Assembly: GCA_963728205.1 (NCBI GenBank)
Contig: CAVSIV010000001.1
Coordinates: 224,001-288,000 of the forward strand
Source of the DNA: an uncultured Chloroflexia bacterium
GTDB taxonomy: Bacteria; Chloroflexota; Dehalococcoidia; UBA2979
DNA: 64,000 nt
Direction: 5' to 3'
The notes beneath the pieces were generated by a model, which ran no database searches, was not told the DNA's origin, and was given only the letters and a program-made list of their open reading frames with translations. Both the position numbers and the translations under genes were made by a program. Below, piece by piece: positions 46,999-56,325 of the stretch (position 1 is the stretch's first letter; the number at the start of each line of letters is the position of its first letter).

Positions 46999-47709
46999 AT
47001 GTGCGGCCGGTTCACGCTCACCTCCGACGATCGCGACTGGCTCTCCGCCGAGCTCGGCGTGCCGCCGGACGAGCTCGACGACATCACGGAGCTCGTCGTC
47101 CCGCGCTTCAACATCGCGCCGACGCAGCCGCACTGGGTCGTGCGCGCGGTCGGCGAGGACCGCGCGCCGCTGCGCGCCACGTGGGGACTCGTCACCGACT
47201 CCGCCCGCGCGGCCGAGGCCGCGCGGTACATCAACGCGCGCAGCGAGGACGTCGCGGACCGGCCGATGTACCGCGACGCTTACCGGGCGCGCCGCTGCGT
47301 GGTCCCGGCGGACGGCTTCTACGAGTGGGTCCGCGGTCCGGGCCGGCGGCGCCGTCCGTTCTGGTTCCACCGCCCCGACCGCGGGCTGCTGCGCTTCGCC
47401 GGCCTCTACGCCGAGCCGATCGCCGGCATCCCGCCCGCCGCCACCTTCACGATCCTCACCACCGCAGCCGGCGACGACGTCGCGCCGGTGCACGACCGCA
47501 TGCCGGTCGTGTTGGCGGACGACGCCGCGGTCGAGGCATGGCTCTACGCGCGGCAGCCGGCGGACGCGCTGCGCGCGCTGCTGGCGCCGGCCCCGGCGGG
47601 ATCGCTCGAGCGGCGCGCGGTCTCGCCGCGCGTGAACGCCGTCGCGCACGACGACCCGGACTGCCTCGCCGAGGCGGAAGCGGGGCTGCAGCCGACGCTG
47701 TTCGGCTGA
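46999..47709 (+). CDS. SOS response-associated peptidase (SRAP/YedK abasic-site protection protein)
   Basis: N-terminal MCGRF, RFNIAPTQ, INARSE, ADGFYEW, HDRMPV. Confidence 0.95.
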   Translation: MCGRFTLTSDDRDWLSAELGVPPDELDDITELVVPRFNIAPTQPHWVVRAVGEDRAPLRATWGLVTDSARAAEAARYINARSEDVADRPMYRDAYRARRCVVPADGFYEWVRGPGRRRRPFWFHRPDRGLLRFAGLYAEPIAGIPPAATFTILTTAAGDDVAPVHDRMPVVLADDAAVEAWLYARQPADALRALLAPAPAGSLERRAVSPRVNAVAHDDPDCLAEAEAGLQPTLFG

Positions 47710-47874
47710 CGGCGAGCGCGGGCATCCGCCCCGCGGTTGACCACGATCGATGCCGAAGCCCCGCGCTCGACCGCGGACCGCGCTCGCCGGGGCTGCGCGC
47801 GCGACGTGGGGAACGCCCCAATGGGGCCCTCCCCAATCGGAATCCGCGGGGGCGCAACCGACAATCTGTGCGGA

Positions 47875-48825
47875 ATGAAGAACGCCACCGCCATCGCCGG
47901 CGTGCCTCCACACGAACTCCTGGAGGTACCGATTGCCGTCGCCGCGCTGCTGCGGCGCACGCCGTTCCCCGTGTTCGACGTGAAGGGGAACGCGATGCGC
48001 ACGCGCAACGCGCGCGACACGCAGATGGCGTACGTGCTCGCGGACGACGGCGACGTGCTGCTCGATGCGGTGCGGGAGGACCTGACCGACCTCGTCGAGT
48101 CGGGCACGATCCCCGCGCAGCACCGCGCGTGGGCGTTGCGGTACGTGTTGCTCGCGGACGTCAGCGCCCTCTATCGCGACGCGCACGCGGGCGACATGCC
48201 GCTGGGACTACCGTCCGCCCTCGACGAGGTCGGGCACTTTCTGTCGCGGGCCGCGGGCGCGCCGCTCGCGCTGATGCAGGTGATCGACGACGACGACCCC
48301 GGCCTCGTGACGCACGCGCTGCACAACGCGTTCCTGTCCCTGATCCTCGCGCACGCGGCCGGGTTCCGCCGCGCGGACCAGCTCGCGGCGCTCGGCTTCG
48401 GCGCGGTGTGCGCGGACCTCGGCCTCGCGGGGCACCCGTTCGAGCTGCTGATCCGCGACGACCTGAGCTTCGGCGAGCAGGCGACGCTCGAGGAGCACCC
48501 GCGTCGCTCGCTCGAGGTGATGCGCCGGCTGGGTTTGATGCCGCAGACCGCGCACGAGGCTGTGCTGTGGCACCACGAACGCTGGGACGGGAACGGCTAC
48601 CCCGACCGCGTCTCCGGCGAGGACCTGCCGTTCGCCGCCCGCTGCGTGGCGCTGGCCGACCGCTACGGGCTGATGAAGCTGCAGAAGTCGCGCCGGTCGG
48701 CGACGTCGTCGGCGCTGGGCGAGCTGGCGGCGATCGACGGCGAGTTCGATCCGTCGCTGCAGCAGATGTTCGTGAAGCTGCTGCACCAGCACGCGCCGGG
48801 ATCGACCCGGCGCCGCATTCGCTGA
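47875..48825 (+). CDS. HD-GYP domain protein with degenerate HD motif
   Basis: THA, CADLG in place of HDIG, EHP, HHERWDGNGYP, LADRY, FDP. Confidence 0.85.
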   Translation: MKNATAIAGVPPHELLEVPIAVAALLRRTPFPVFDVKGNAMRTRNARDTQMAYVLADDGDVLLDAVREDLTDLVESGTIPAQHRAWALRYVLLADVSALYRDAHAGDMPLGLPSALDEVGHFLSRAAGAPLALMQVIDDDDPGLVTHALHNAFLSLILAHAAGFRRADQLAALGFGAVCADLGLAGHPFELLIRDDLSFGEQATLEEHPRRSLEVMRRLGLMPQTAHEAVLWHHERWDGNGYPDRVSGEDLPFAARCVALADRYGLMKLQKSRRSATSSALGELAAIDGEFDPSLQQMFVKLLHQHAPGSTRRRIR

Positions 48826-48880
48826 TGCCCGGCGCGGCGCGCGCCCGCCGGCACCGGACGCTGCCGTCGCGGACGGCCCG

Positions 48881-49360
48881 CTACGGTGTCGCGCGCGTGT
48901 AGACCTTGCGCACGCCCGGCACGAGCGTGCGCGTCCCCGTCAGCTCCACGCGGTCGAGGTCCGACCGCGTCGTCAGGTGCCGCTGCACGGCTCGGCCGAG
49001 CGGCTGCGCCGCCACCACCGCGACCATCGCCGCCGTGAACGCGGAGCCGAAGCGCCGCCGCAGCGGCCCCGTCGACAGCACGGCGGTGGTCGCGGTCGCG
49101 GCCGCGACGGCCGACACGGCGATGTTCGTGCCGCACAGCGGCGAGACCGCGAGGTCGGCCTGGCCCGCCTGCAGCCGGCGCAGCGCCTCGACGGCGCACG
49201 CCTGCAGCTCCGCCTCGTCGACGTCGCCGAGGATGAAGAAGCCGTTGCCGCTGGCGCGGCCGGCCATGCGCGTCGGCCCGTGGCGCGCCAGGAAGACGGC
49301 GACGGTGGCGTGTTCCAGCGCGTGATTGCGCCGAACGGCGTCGACCCAGCGACTCAGCAT
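48881..49360 (-). CDS. DUF6391-like protein
   Basis: VRRNHALEHAT, GFFILG, LAVSPLCGTN; GAAGGAG RBS. Confidence 0.75.
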   Translation of the reverse strand: MLSRWVDAVRRNHALEHATVAVFLARHGPTRMAGRASGNGFFILGDVDEAELQACAVEALRRLQAGQADLAVSPLCGTNIAVSAVAAATATTAVLSTGPLRRRFGSAFTAAMVAVVAAQPLGRAVQRHLTTRSDLDRVELTGTRTLVPGVRKVYTRATP

Positions 49361-49422
49361 GCGGGCTCCTTCGGTGCGAGGCGGGCGATCGTCCTTCGAG
49401 TATAGGGAGCGTGGGGGCCACC

Positions 49423-49500
49423 CAAAGCGGCGGCAGACATGCCATCCACAGGCCGCGGCCGCAGGGCCGCGGCCGGCGGCGGCGGATACACCGCCGCCGC
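49423..49500. repeat. REPIN-like element, copy 6 (degenerate)
   Basis: CAAAGCGGCGGCAGACATGCCATCCACAG left arm with decayed right arm. Confidence 0.7.
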
Positions 49501-49515
49501 CGGCCAGATGCGGAG

Positions 49516-50862
49516 TTACCGCGCGCGGCTCGTACCCGGCGTCCCCACCTCGAAGTCGGCCACCACGTCGACCGTGACCGTGACGGGCGGCGCGCTCGAG
49601 TTGGGCGAGCTGATGGTGATCGTCCCCGTGCTGCGCGCCCTTGGCAGCAGCGTCGGGTTCACCGTGATGTCGAGCCGCCCGGCCGGACACGGTGAGGACG
49701 CGCACGCGAGCCCCGGGCCCACGGCGACGCCCGCGGGCGGCGAGAGCACGAGGAAGTTGTCGTTCGTATTCGCCACCCACGACAGGATCCCGGTGCCGAG
49801 GTTGCGCACCGTCACCGAGGCCACGGCCTGCGACGGCGCCCCCTTCGTGCGGATCGTGACGGTGGTGCTGCCGTCGACGCTCAGCCGCGGCGCGCCGAGG
49901 ACGCTCTGCGGGTAGCCGGCCGGCACCGTCGCCGGCGCGACCAGGTGCGCGGGCTGCGGCGACGGCATGTCCATCCCCGAGTACGGGTACTGGAACTTCG
50001 ACAGCGATAGCGCGTCGAAGAACACCGGGATCGTGAGGTTCGGGAGCGTCGCCGCCATCGGCTGCCAGAGCAGCTGACCGTTGCGCGACGGCGGGTTCGC
50101 CATGCAGCCCCACACCAGCTCCTGGTAGGGGTAGCGGTCACGCGACTGCGTGCCGTCGCACCTGTACGCCGGCCGCGGCCACGACAGCGCCGGGTCGAGC
50201 GGGTGGTTGCTCTTCACCGAACCCGGGCCGGTGAAGCCGTTGTAGCCCCAGACCGCGAAGTACCAGTTCTCGACGAGCAGCGGGTTGCCGCCGGTGTCCG
50301 TGCCGGCAACCGGCCGCGTCTCGGGCGCCATGTTCCACTTGTCGGCCAGCACCCACGCGCCGCGCGCGACGTTGTAGACGTAGTGCGTCGCGACCTCGAG
50401 CTGGCGGTCGGTCGCATGGCCGTCGACGCCGAGCGGGATCGTCATGCCGGTCGTCACCTGCATCACGCCGTGCCCGCAGTCGAACGACACCAGCGCGTCG
50501 CCGATCGAGTCGAACTGCACCGACCGCGAGGCCATCGTCAGGTCGGACTCCACCCAGCCGATCGCCTTGAGCAGCACCGCCGGCATCACCGCCGGGCCGT
50601 CGACGCGCGAGGTGCGTGTGCCGGTGCGCACCGCCGGCAGCCCGAAGTAGGGGTCGCCCGGGAAAAGGTGGTTGACGGAGGCGGCGTCGATGGCCGTGAG
50701 GTAGGCGGAGCGGCCCTGGTCGGCCTCGTAGGTCTGGGGGCGGCGGGGGTCGAAGGCGCAGGCGAGTGCGGTGTGCGCGTGCGGCACGAACGCCGCGAAG
50801 GCGCCGCTCACGAGCAGGGCCGCCGCCACGACGGTGAGCCATGCAGCGGTGCGCCTACGCAC
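49516..50862 (-). CDS. Secreted lysozyme-like/lytic transglycosylase-fold protein with C-terminal BACON/Ig-like domain
   Basis: Signal peptide; LKAIGWVES, GHGVMQVT, YNVARGA, AVWGYNG; VRNLGTGILSW Ig-like module. Confidence 0.7.
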   Translation of the reverse strand: MRRRTAAWLTVVAAALLVSGAFAAFVPHAHTALACAFDPRRPQTYEADQGRSAYLTAIDAASVNHLFPGDPYFGLPAVRTGTRTSRVDGPAVMPAVLLKAIGWVESDLTMASRSVQFDSIGDALVSFDCGHGVMQVTTGMTIPLGVDGHATDRQLEVATHYVYNVARGAWVLADKWNMAPETRPVAGTDTGGNPLLVENWYFAVWGYNGFTGPGSVKSNHPLDPALSWPRPAYRCDGTQSRDRYPYQELVWGCMANPPSRNGQLLWQPMAATLPNLTIPVFFDALSLSKFQYPYSGMDMPSPQPAHLVAPATVPAGYPQSVLGAPRLSVDGSTTVTIRTKGAPSQAVASVTVRNLGTGILSWVANTNDNFLVLSPPAGVAVGPGLACASSPCPAGRLDITVNPTLLPRARSTGTITISSPNSSAPPVTVTVDVVADFEVGTPGTSRAR

Positions 50863-52012
50863 GTCCGATCCAGCCGATGAAGATCAGCTCCGCGTTCCCC
50901 CGGACCGGGATGCGCCGCCCCTGCGCCGGGTCGACCACCACCATCGACGCCTTGCCCGGATCGCTGGAGTTCATGCCGTCGAAGGTCTGCACCGCGAGGT
51001 AGTCGCCGTCCTGGCTCCACGCCAGCGGGACATCGAAGCCCTGCGCCGGAGCCGGCAGCGCGCGCACGCTTCCGTCGAGGCCGATCACTGCGGCCGCCCG
51101 CTTCGCCGCCGGGTACGCCTCCTGCCCGACCGTCAGTGCCTCGCCGCCGGGCGTCCACACCGGGCTGTACTGCTCGCTCGCGGCCGTGGCGGCCGTGGCG
51201 GCCGGCGTCGGCAGGTTGCGCACGGCGTCGCTGGTGAGCGACACGACGTGCACGCGCTGGACGACGCGCTCCTCGAGCTGCTCCGGAGCGAGGTACGAGA
51301 GCGTGGCGCCGTCCGGCGAGAGCCGCCAGTCGCGCGCGACGTTGTCCGATGCATGGAACAGCTCCTCGGCCGGGCCGCCGGTCGCGACGCGATAGACATC
51401 CGTCCCGGCGGTCGAGAGCCGTGAGAACACCACCGCGCCGCTCGCGTCGAAGGCGATCGGATAGACGCCGAACGACGTCTGCTCGCTGTACACGACCGAC
51501 CGCACCTGCGAGTCGAGGTCCACGACGACGAGCGACTGCCGATCCTGCCGGCTGCTGCGATAGACGAGCGCTCGGCCGTCGGCGCGCAGCACGGGCTGCA
51601 CGAGGAGGTCTGCGTCGCTGGCCACGCGGGTCTGCTGCCGCGTGGCGAGGTTGGAGACCCAGAGCTCGGCGGGAGCGTCGCGCTGCGCCGGCGAATCGGG
51701 CGGGAGGACGGTGTACGCGAAGAGCGAGCCGGCCGGGGCGGGCGCGGGGTTGATGCCCCAGCCCTCGGCGTGCGGGACGGTCTGAACGAGGGTGCGCTGG
51801 GCGGGGTCGGACGCGGGGCTGGTGTAGATGTGATCGGCGCCGGAGCCGTACTCCGCGAACGCGAGCAGCGGCTGACCGCTCGCGACCTGCTGCTCGCCGC
51901 CACCGCCGCGTCGCGCCGCGCGCAGCACGAGCGCGCCGCCCGCCAGGGCGAGCAGCAGCGCGATGGCGCCAACGGACGTGAGGAGGCGGCGCAGGCGGGG
52001 TGATCTGAGCAT
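50855..52012 (-). CDS. Membrane-anchored TolB/PD40-like beta-propeller protein
   Basis: N-terminal TM helix; repeats LSPDGATLSY, PVWTPGG, AWSQDGDYLAV; overlaps the start of the downstream gene. Confidence 0.75.
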   Translation of the reverse strand: MLRSPRLRRLLTSVGAIALLLALAGGALVLRAARRGGGGEQQVASGQPLLAFAEYGSGADHIYTSPASDPAQRTLVQTVPHAEGWGINPAPAPAGSLFAYTVLPPDSPAQRDAPAELWVSNLATRQQTRVASDADLLVQPVLRADGRALVYRSSRQDRQSLVVVDLDSQVRSVVYSEQTSFGVYPIAFDASGAVVFSRLSTAGTDVYRVATGGPAEELFHASDNVARDWRLSPDGATLSYLAPEQLEERVVQRVHVVSLTSDAVRNLPTPAATAATAASEQYSPVWTPGGEALTVGQEAYPAAKRAAAVIGLDGSVRALPAPAQGFDVPLAWSQDGDYLAVQTFDGMNSSDPGKASMVVVDPAQGRRIPVRGNAELIFIGWIGRA

Positions 52013-52249
52013 GCCGGGGGGCACTGCTGAAATGAGTCCGACACCGGGCACCCCGCCAGGTCCTGCGTCGGCGACGAGTGTGTGGTGCCCCGAACTCCCT
52101 TTCGTGTCCCCTGGGTGGTTCGCGCCGGGGCCACCCCGGCGTCACAGCCGCACCAGCATATGAATCTTCGCGCTACCGCGCACGATGCGAGAGCCCGCGA
52201 ACCGGGCGCGCGCGAGCGCTAGCGCGAAACCACGCGCTATCTTAAGCCC

Positions 52250-52993
52250 GTGATCTTTCGTTACCTCACGATCCTGACCAGCGCACCCAACGTCTTCGTC
52301 ATCATCCTGGCGGCATTCACCGTCGCGATGCTCACTGGGCTCGCGTTCCACGAGTTCTCGCACGCGCTCGTCGCAGACGAGCTCGGCGACCGCACCCCGC
52401 GCTCGTTCGGGCGCCTCACGCTCAACCCGATGGCGCACCTCGACCCCGTCGGCTCCCTGCTCATCTTCTTCATCGGCTTCGGCTGGGCGAAGCCGGTGCC
52501 GGTGAACCCCTACAACACGAGCAACCCGAAGCGGAGCATGGCGCTGATCGCCGCGGCCGGCCCGGTGTCGAACCTCGTGATGGCGGGCATCGCGTCGATC
52601 CCGATCAAGCTCGGGCTCGTGCCCTTCCTTCACCCGTTCCTCGCGACTCCGGAGATCTCGTTCTTCGTCGAGCGGTGGTCGCACTCGCCGACCGACCTGA
52701 TCGGGCTGTTCCTCGGCACGATCGTGCTGCTCAACGTGCTGCTCGCCGTGTTCAACTTCATCCCGCTGGCGCCGCTCGACGGCTTCCGCGCGGCGGTCGG
52801 TCTGCTGCCCGACGAGCTGTCCGAGCCGCTGGCGCGCCTCGAGGCGTGGGGCCCCGGCGTCCTGCTGCTGTTGATCTTCCTGCCCTTTCTCACCGGCGGC
52901 CGCTACAACCCGCTGTTCGACGTCATGGGCCCGCTCATCACCTTCTTCCTGAACCTGTTCGTGGGGCACGGTGGGGCGATTTTCCTGGGCTAG
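52250..52993 (+). CDS. Site-2 protease (M50 family)
   Basis: HEFSH, GRLTLNP, GWAKPVP, AAGPVSN, FNFIPLAPLDG. Confidence 0.95.
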   Translation: MIFRYLTILTSAPNVFVIILAAFTVAMLTGLAFHEFSHALVADELGDRTPRSFGRLTLNPMAHLDPVGSLLIFFIGFGWAKPVPVNPYNTSNPKRSMALIAAAGPVSNLVMAGIASIPIKLGLVPFLHPFLATPEISFFVERWSHSPTDLIGLFLGTIVLLNVLLAVFNFIPLAPLDGFRAAVGLLPDELSEPLARLEAWGPGVLLLLIFLPFLTGGRYNPLFDVMGPLITFFLNLFVGHGGAIFLG

Positions 52994-53513
52994 CGACGGC
53001 GCGACCGGCGCCCTCTACCGCGCGCGCCAGTTCTTCGCGGGCTTTCGCGGATGGCTGGAGCCGGCGCAGATCGGCGAGGTGCGCGACACGCTCTCGCCGC
53101 AGGAGCTCGACCTCTTCGTGCGCATGCAGGGGCGCGACCAGAAGCACTCGTTTCGCGTGCTGCGCCGGCTGCAGCGCTCCGCCGTCGAGCGCGGCCGCCG
53201 GCTGCCGCACGAGCTCGCGGTCGCGGCGCTGCTGCACGACGTCGGCAAGGGCCGGCTCGCGACGTGGCATCGCGTGGCGTTCGTGCTGCTCAACGCCGCG
53301 TCGCCGCGCCTGGCCGCTCGCCTCGAGCGCCGGGACGCCCCGGGGTGGCGCAACGCGCTGTGGCGGCTGCGCCACCACGCGCGCCTCGGCGCCGAGCGCC
53401 TTGCGGCCGCCGGCGTCGCGCCGCGCATCGTGGATCTCGTCGCAGGTCACACCGGCGACCCCGGCGACGACGCCGAGCTGGCCTGGCTGATCGAGGCCGA
53501 CTCGCGCTCCTGA
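52971..53513 (+). CDS. HD-domain protein
   Basis: YRARQF, DQKHS, ALLHDVGK, HARLGA, EAD; start uncertain. Confidence 0.8.
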   Translation: MGRFSWASDGATGALYRARQFFAGFRGWLEPAQIGEVRDTLSPQELDLFVRMQGRDQKHSFRVLRRLQRSAVERGRRLPHELAVAALLHDVGKGRLATWHRVAFVLLNAASPRLAARLERRDAPGWRNALWRLRHHARLGAERLAAAGVAPRIVDLVAGHTGDPGDDAELAWLIEADSRS

Positions 53514-53607
53514 GCGAGCCGGCGCGGCGCGTTCGCCCCCGGCGCGACCGGTGCTAGGATTCGCCCATCGACCCCCTTCGCGCCCACCACCATCCCCGGA
53601 GACGCTC

Positions 53608-54637
53608 ATGACGACGGTTGCGATCCTCGGCACCGGCCTGATCGGCTCATCGATCGGCCTCCGGCTGCGGCAGTCGTCGAGCATCCCGGAGCTCGAGGTC
53701 GTCGGCTTCGACCGCTACCGGCAGAGCCTGCAGGCCGCGCGCAAGGTGGGTGCGATCGACCGCGGCGTGGACGATCCCGCGCGGGCGGTCGAGGGCGCGG
53801 CGCTCGTGATCCTGAGCGCGCCGATCCTCTCGAACCACTGGCTGATGGAGCAGATCGCCGAGGCGCTGGAGCCGGGTGCCGTGGTCATGGACACCGGCTC
53901 CACGAAGGCCGCGACGCTGGCGCACGCGCGCAAGCACCTGCCGACGTCCGTCTCGTTCGTCGGCAGCCACCCGATGGCCGGCAAGACCGAGACCGGCGCG
54001 CAGGCGGCCGACGCCAACCTCTTCGAGGGCGCGCGCTGGGTGATCGTGCCGCCGGCGAACGTGTCGGAGCGCGCGGTGGATGCGGCCGTGCAGGTCGCCG
54101 AGAACTGCGGCGCGGAGACGATGTTCATGGACGCCGAGGAGCACGACGCCTACGTCGCCGCCATCTCGCACCTGCCGATGCTCAGCGCGATCGGCCTCTT
54201 CCGGCTCACGCGCGCATCGGAGGCCTGGCCGGAGCTGTCGCTGCTCGCCTCGGGCGGCTTCAAGGACACCACGCGGCTGGCCGGCACGGACCCCGCGATG
54301 TCCTACGACATCATCGTCACGAACCGCGAGCAGATCGCGCACTGGCTCGACCGCATGCGCGACGAGCTGCGCGAGCTGCGCGAGCGCGTGATGGATCAGG
54401 AGGGCGAGGGCGACCTCTTCAAGCTGCTCGCACAGACCGAGTTCGAGCACACCGCGTACCGCGCCGGCAAGGTCGGCCGCGACGTGAAGAACCCGATGGC
54501 CGACGCGCCGATGTTCGACTTCAGCTCGTTCATCATGGGCGAGGCGTTGAAGCAGAAGATGCACGAGATTCTCGATGAGCGAAGAAGAGCGGCTCAAGGA
54601 GCAGCAGGAGACGCGCCGCTTCCACCGCGACGTCTGA
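53608..54637 (+). CDS. tyrA: Prephenate/arogenate dehydrogenase with an apparent frameshift near the 3' end (54567-54571)
   Basis: GTGLIG, DTGSTK, SHPMAG, HDAYVAAISHLP, GFKDTTRLA; GATTC to GATC gives ...EISMSEEERLKEQQETRRFHRDV* and removes the overlap with aroA. Confidence 0.92.
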
Positions 54638-54695
54638 CCGCGCCTTCACCGCGCCGTTCGTGCCCAGCCCGCCCACCGAGGAGCACCAGCGTCCC

Positions 54696-56015
54696 GTGAC
54701 CCTGCAGACTGCCCCCGACGACGCCCGCACCGTCCGCGCCGCCCGCCGCCTGCGCGGCGAGCTGGCGGTTCCCGGCGACAAGTCCGTCACGCACCGCGCA
54801 CTGATGTTCAACGCGCTCGCCGCGGGCGACGCGCGCATCGACGGCTTTCTCGACAGCGAGGACACGCACGCGACGATGGCGTGCCTGCGCGCCATGGGCG
54901 TGCGCATCGATGAGCCGGGGGGCGGCACGGTCATCGTGCACGGCGCCGGCCGCGCCGCGCTGCACGAGCCCGAGAACGTGCTCGACTGCGCGAACTCCGG
55001 CACGACGATGCGCCTGTTGTCGGGGCTGCTCTCCGGCCTGCCGATGCTCACGATCCTCACGGGCGACGACTCGCTGCGCCGCCGGCCGATGGCGCGCGTC
55101 GTGCGGCCGCTGAGCGAGCTCGGGGCGCGCATCACCGCGCGCGCGGAGGGCACGCTGCCGCCGATCGTGATCCAGGGCGGCCCACTCGCGGGCGGACGCA
55201 CGGTGCACACGGGCGTCGCCTCCGCGCAGGTGAAGTCGGCGCTGCTGCTGGCCGCGCTCGCCGCCGACGGGCCGGTGACCGTCGTCGAGCCGGCGCAGAC
55301 CCGCGACCACACCGAGCGCATGCTCGGCGCGATGGGGGCGCGCGTGGCGGTCGACGGCCGCGCGATCACGCTGACCGCGCCGCCGGGCGAGCTCGCGCCG
55401 GTCGACGTGCGCGTGCCCGGCGACATCAGCACCGCCGCCGCGTGGATCGTCGCGGCGACGCTGCACCCCGACGCGGAGGTCGTGCTTCGCAACGTCGGCA
55501 TCAACCCGACGCGCACGCTGCTGCTCGATGTGCTGCAGGAGATGGGCGCGCACGTCGACCTCGTCGAGGAGCGGACGGTCGGCGGCGAGCCGGTCGCCGA
55601 CCTCATCGTGCGCTCTGCGCGGCTGCACGGCGTGGAGGTCGGCGGCGAGGGCATCGCGCGCGGCATCGACGAGCTGCCGCTGATCGCGCTCGCCGGCGCC
55701 CTCGCCGAGGGCACCACCGTGATCCGCGACGCCGAGGAGCTGCGCGTCAAGGAGTCCGACCGCGTCGCGTCGACCGCCGCGGTGCTGCGCGGCTTCGGCG
55801 TGGCCGTGGAAGAGCGGCCCGACGGGATGCTCGTGCACGGCGGCGCCGTGCTGCACCCGGGGCGCGCGCGCTCGGAGGGCGATCACCGGCTCGCGATGCT
55901 GGGCGCGGTCGCCGGGCTGCTCGCGGGCGGTGAGAGCGTGATCGACGGGGCCGGGGCTGTTGCCGTGTCGTATCCTGACTTCTGGTCGGACCTGGCCCGG
56001 TTGAGCCTCGCCTGA
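54696..56015 (+). CDS. aroA: EPSP synthase (class II)
   Basis: PGDKSVTHR, NSGTTMRL, SAQVKSA, RDHTERML, IDELP, ELRVKESDR, DHRLAM, SYPDF. Confidence 0.97.
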   Translation: MTLQTAPDDARTVRAARRLRGELAVPGDKSVTHRALMFNALAAGDARIDGFLDSEDTHATMACLRAMGVRIDEPGGGTVIVHGAGRAALHEPENVLDCANSGTTMRLLSGLLSGLPMLTILTGDDSLRRRPMARVVRPLSELGARITARAEGTLPPIVIQGGPLAGGRTVHTGVASAQVKSALLLAALAADGPVTVVEPAQTRDHTERMLGAMGARVAVDGRAITLTAPPGELAPVDVRVPGDISTAAAWIVAATLHPDAEVVLRNVGINPTRTLLLDVLQEMGAHVDLVEERTVGGEPVADLIVRSARLHGVEVGGEGIARGIDELPLIALAGALAEGTTVIRDAEELRVKESDRVASTAAVLRGFGVAVEERPDGMLVHGGAVLHPGRARSEGDHRLAMLGAVAGLLAGGESVIDGAGAVAVSYPDFWSDLARLSLA

Positions 56016-56062
56016 TCGGGTCAGGACGTGAGACCGGGCGCCGTTCTGGAGGGCCCCTCCCA

Positions 56063-56323
56063 GTGCACACCGAACTCATTCACGTGGGCTTTGACAACCA
56101 CCTCGCGCTCAATCGCGTCGTGTCTGTCGCGGCCCCCGGATCCGCTCCCGTCAAACGCATGGTGCAACGCGGCAAGGAGGCGCAGCGGGTGATCGACCTC
56201 ACCAGCGGGCGCCGCACGAAGGCCGTCGTCGTCCTCGACAACGACTGGGTCGCGCTGATCGCGATCACGCCCGAGACCTTCGCCAGCCGCGCCGCGTCGA
56301 TGCGCGCCGAGACCGCCGCCTAG
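56063..56323 (+). CDS. remA: RemA/DUF370 family regulator
   Basis: LIHVGFDN, SAPVKR, IDLTSGRRTKAV, ITPET; conserved position before gmk. Confidence 0.9.
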   Translation: MHTELIHVGFDNHLALNRVVSVAAPGSAPVKRMVQRGKEAQRVIDLTSGRRTKAVVVLDNDWVALIAITPETFASRAASMRAETAA

Positions 56324-56325
56324 CA

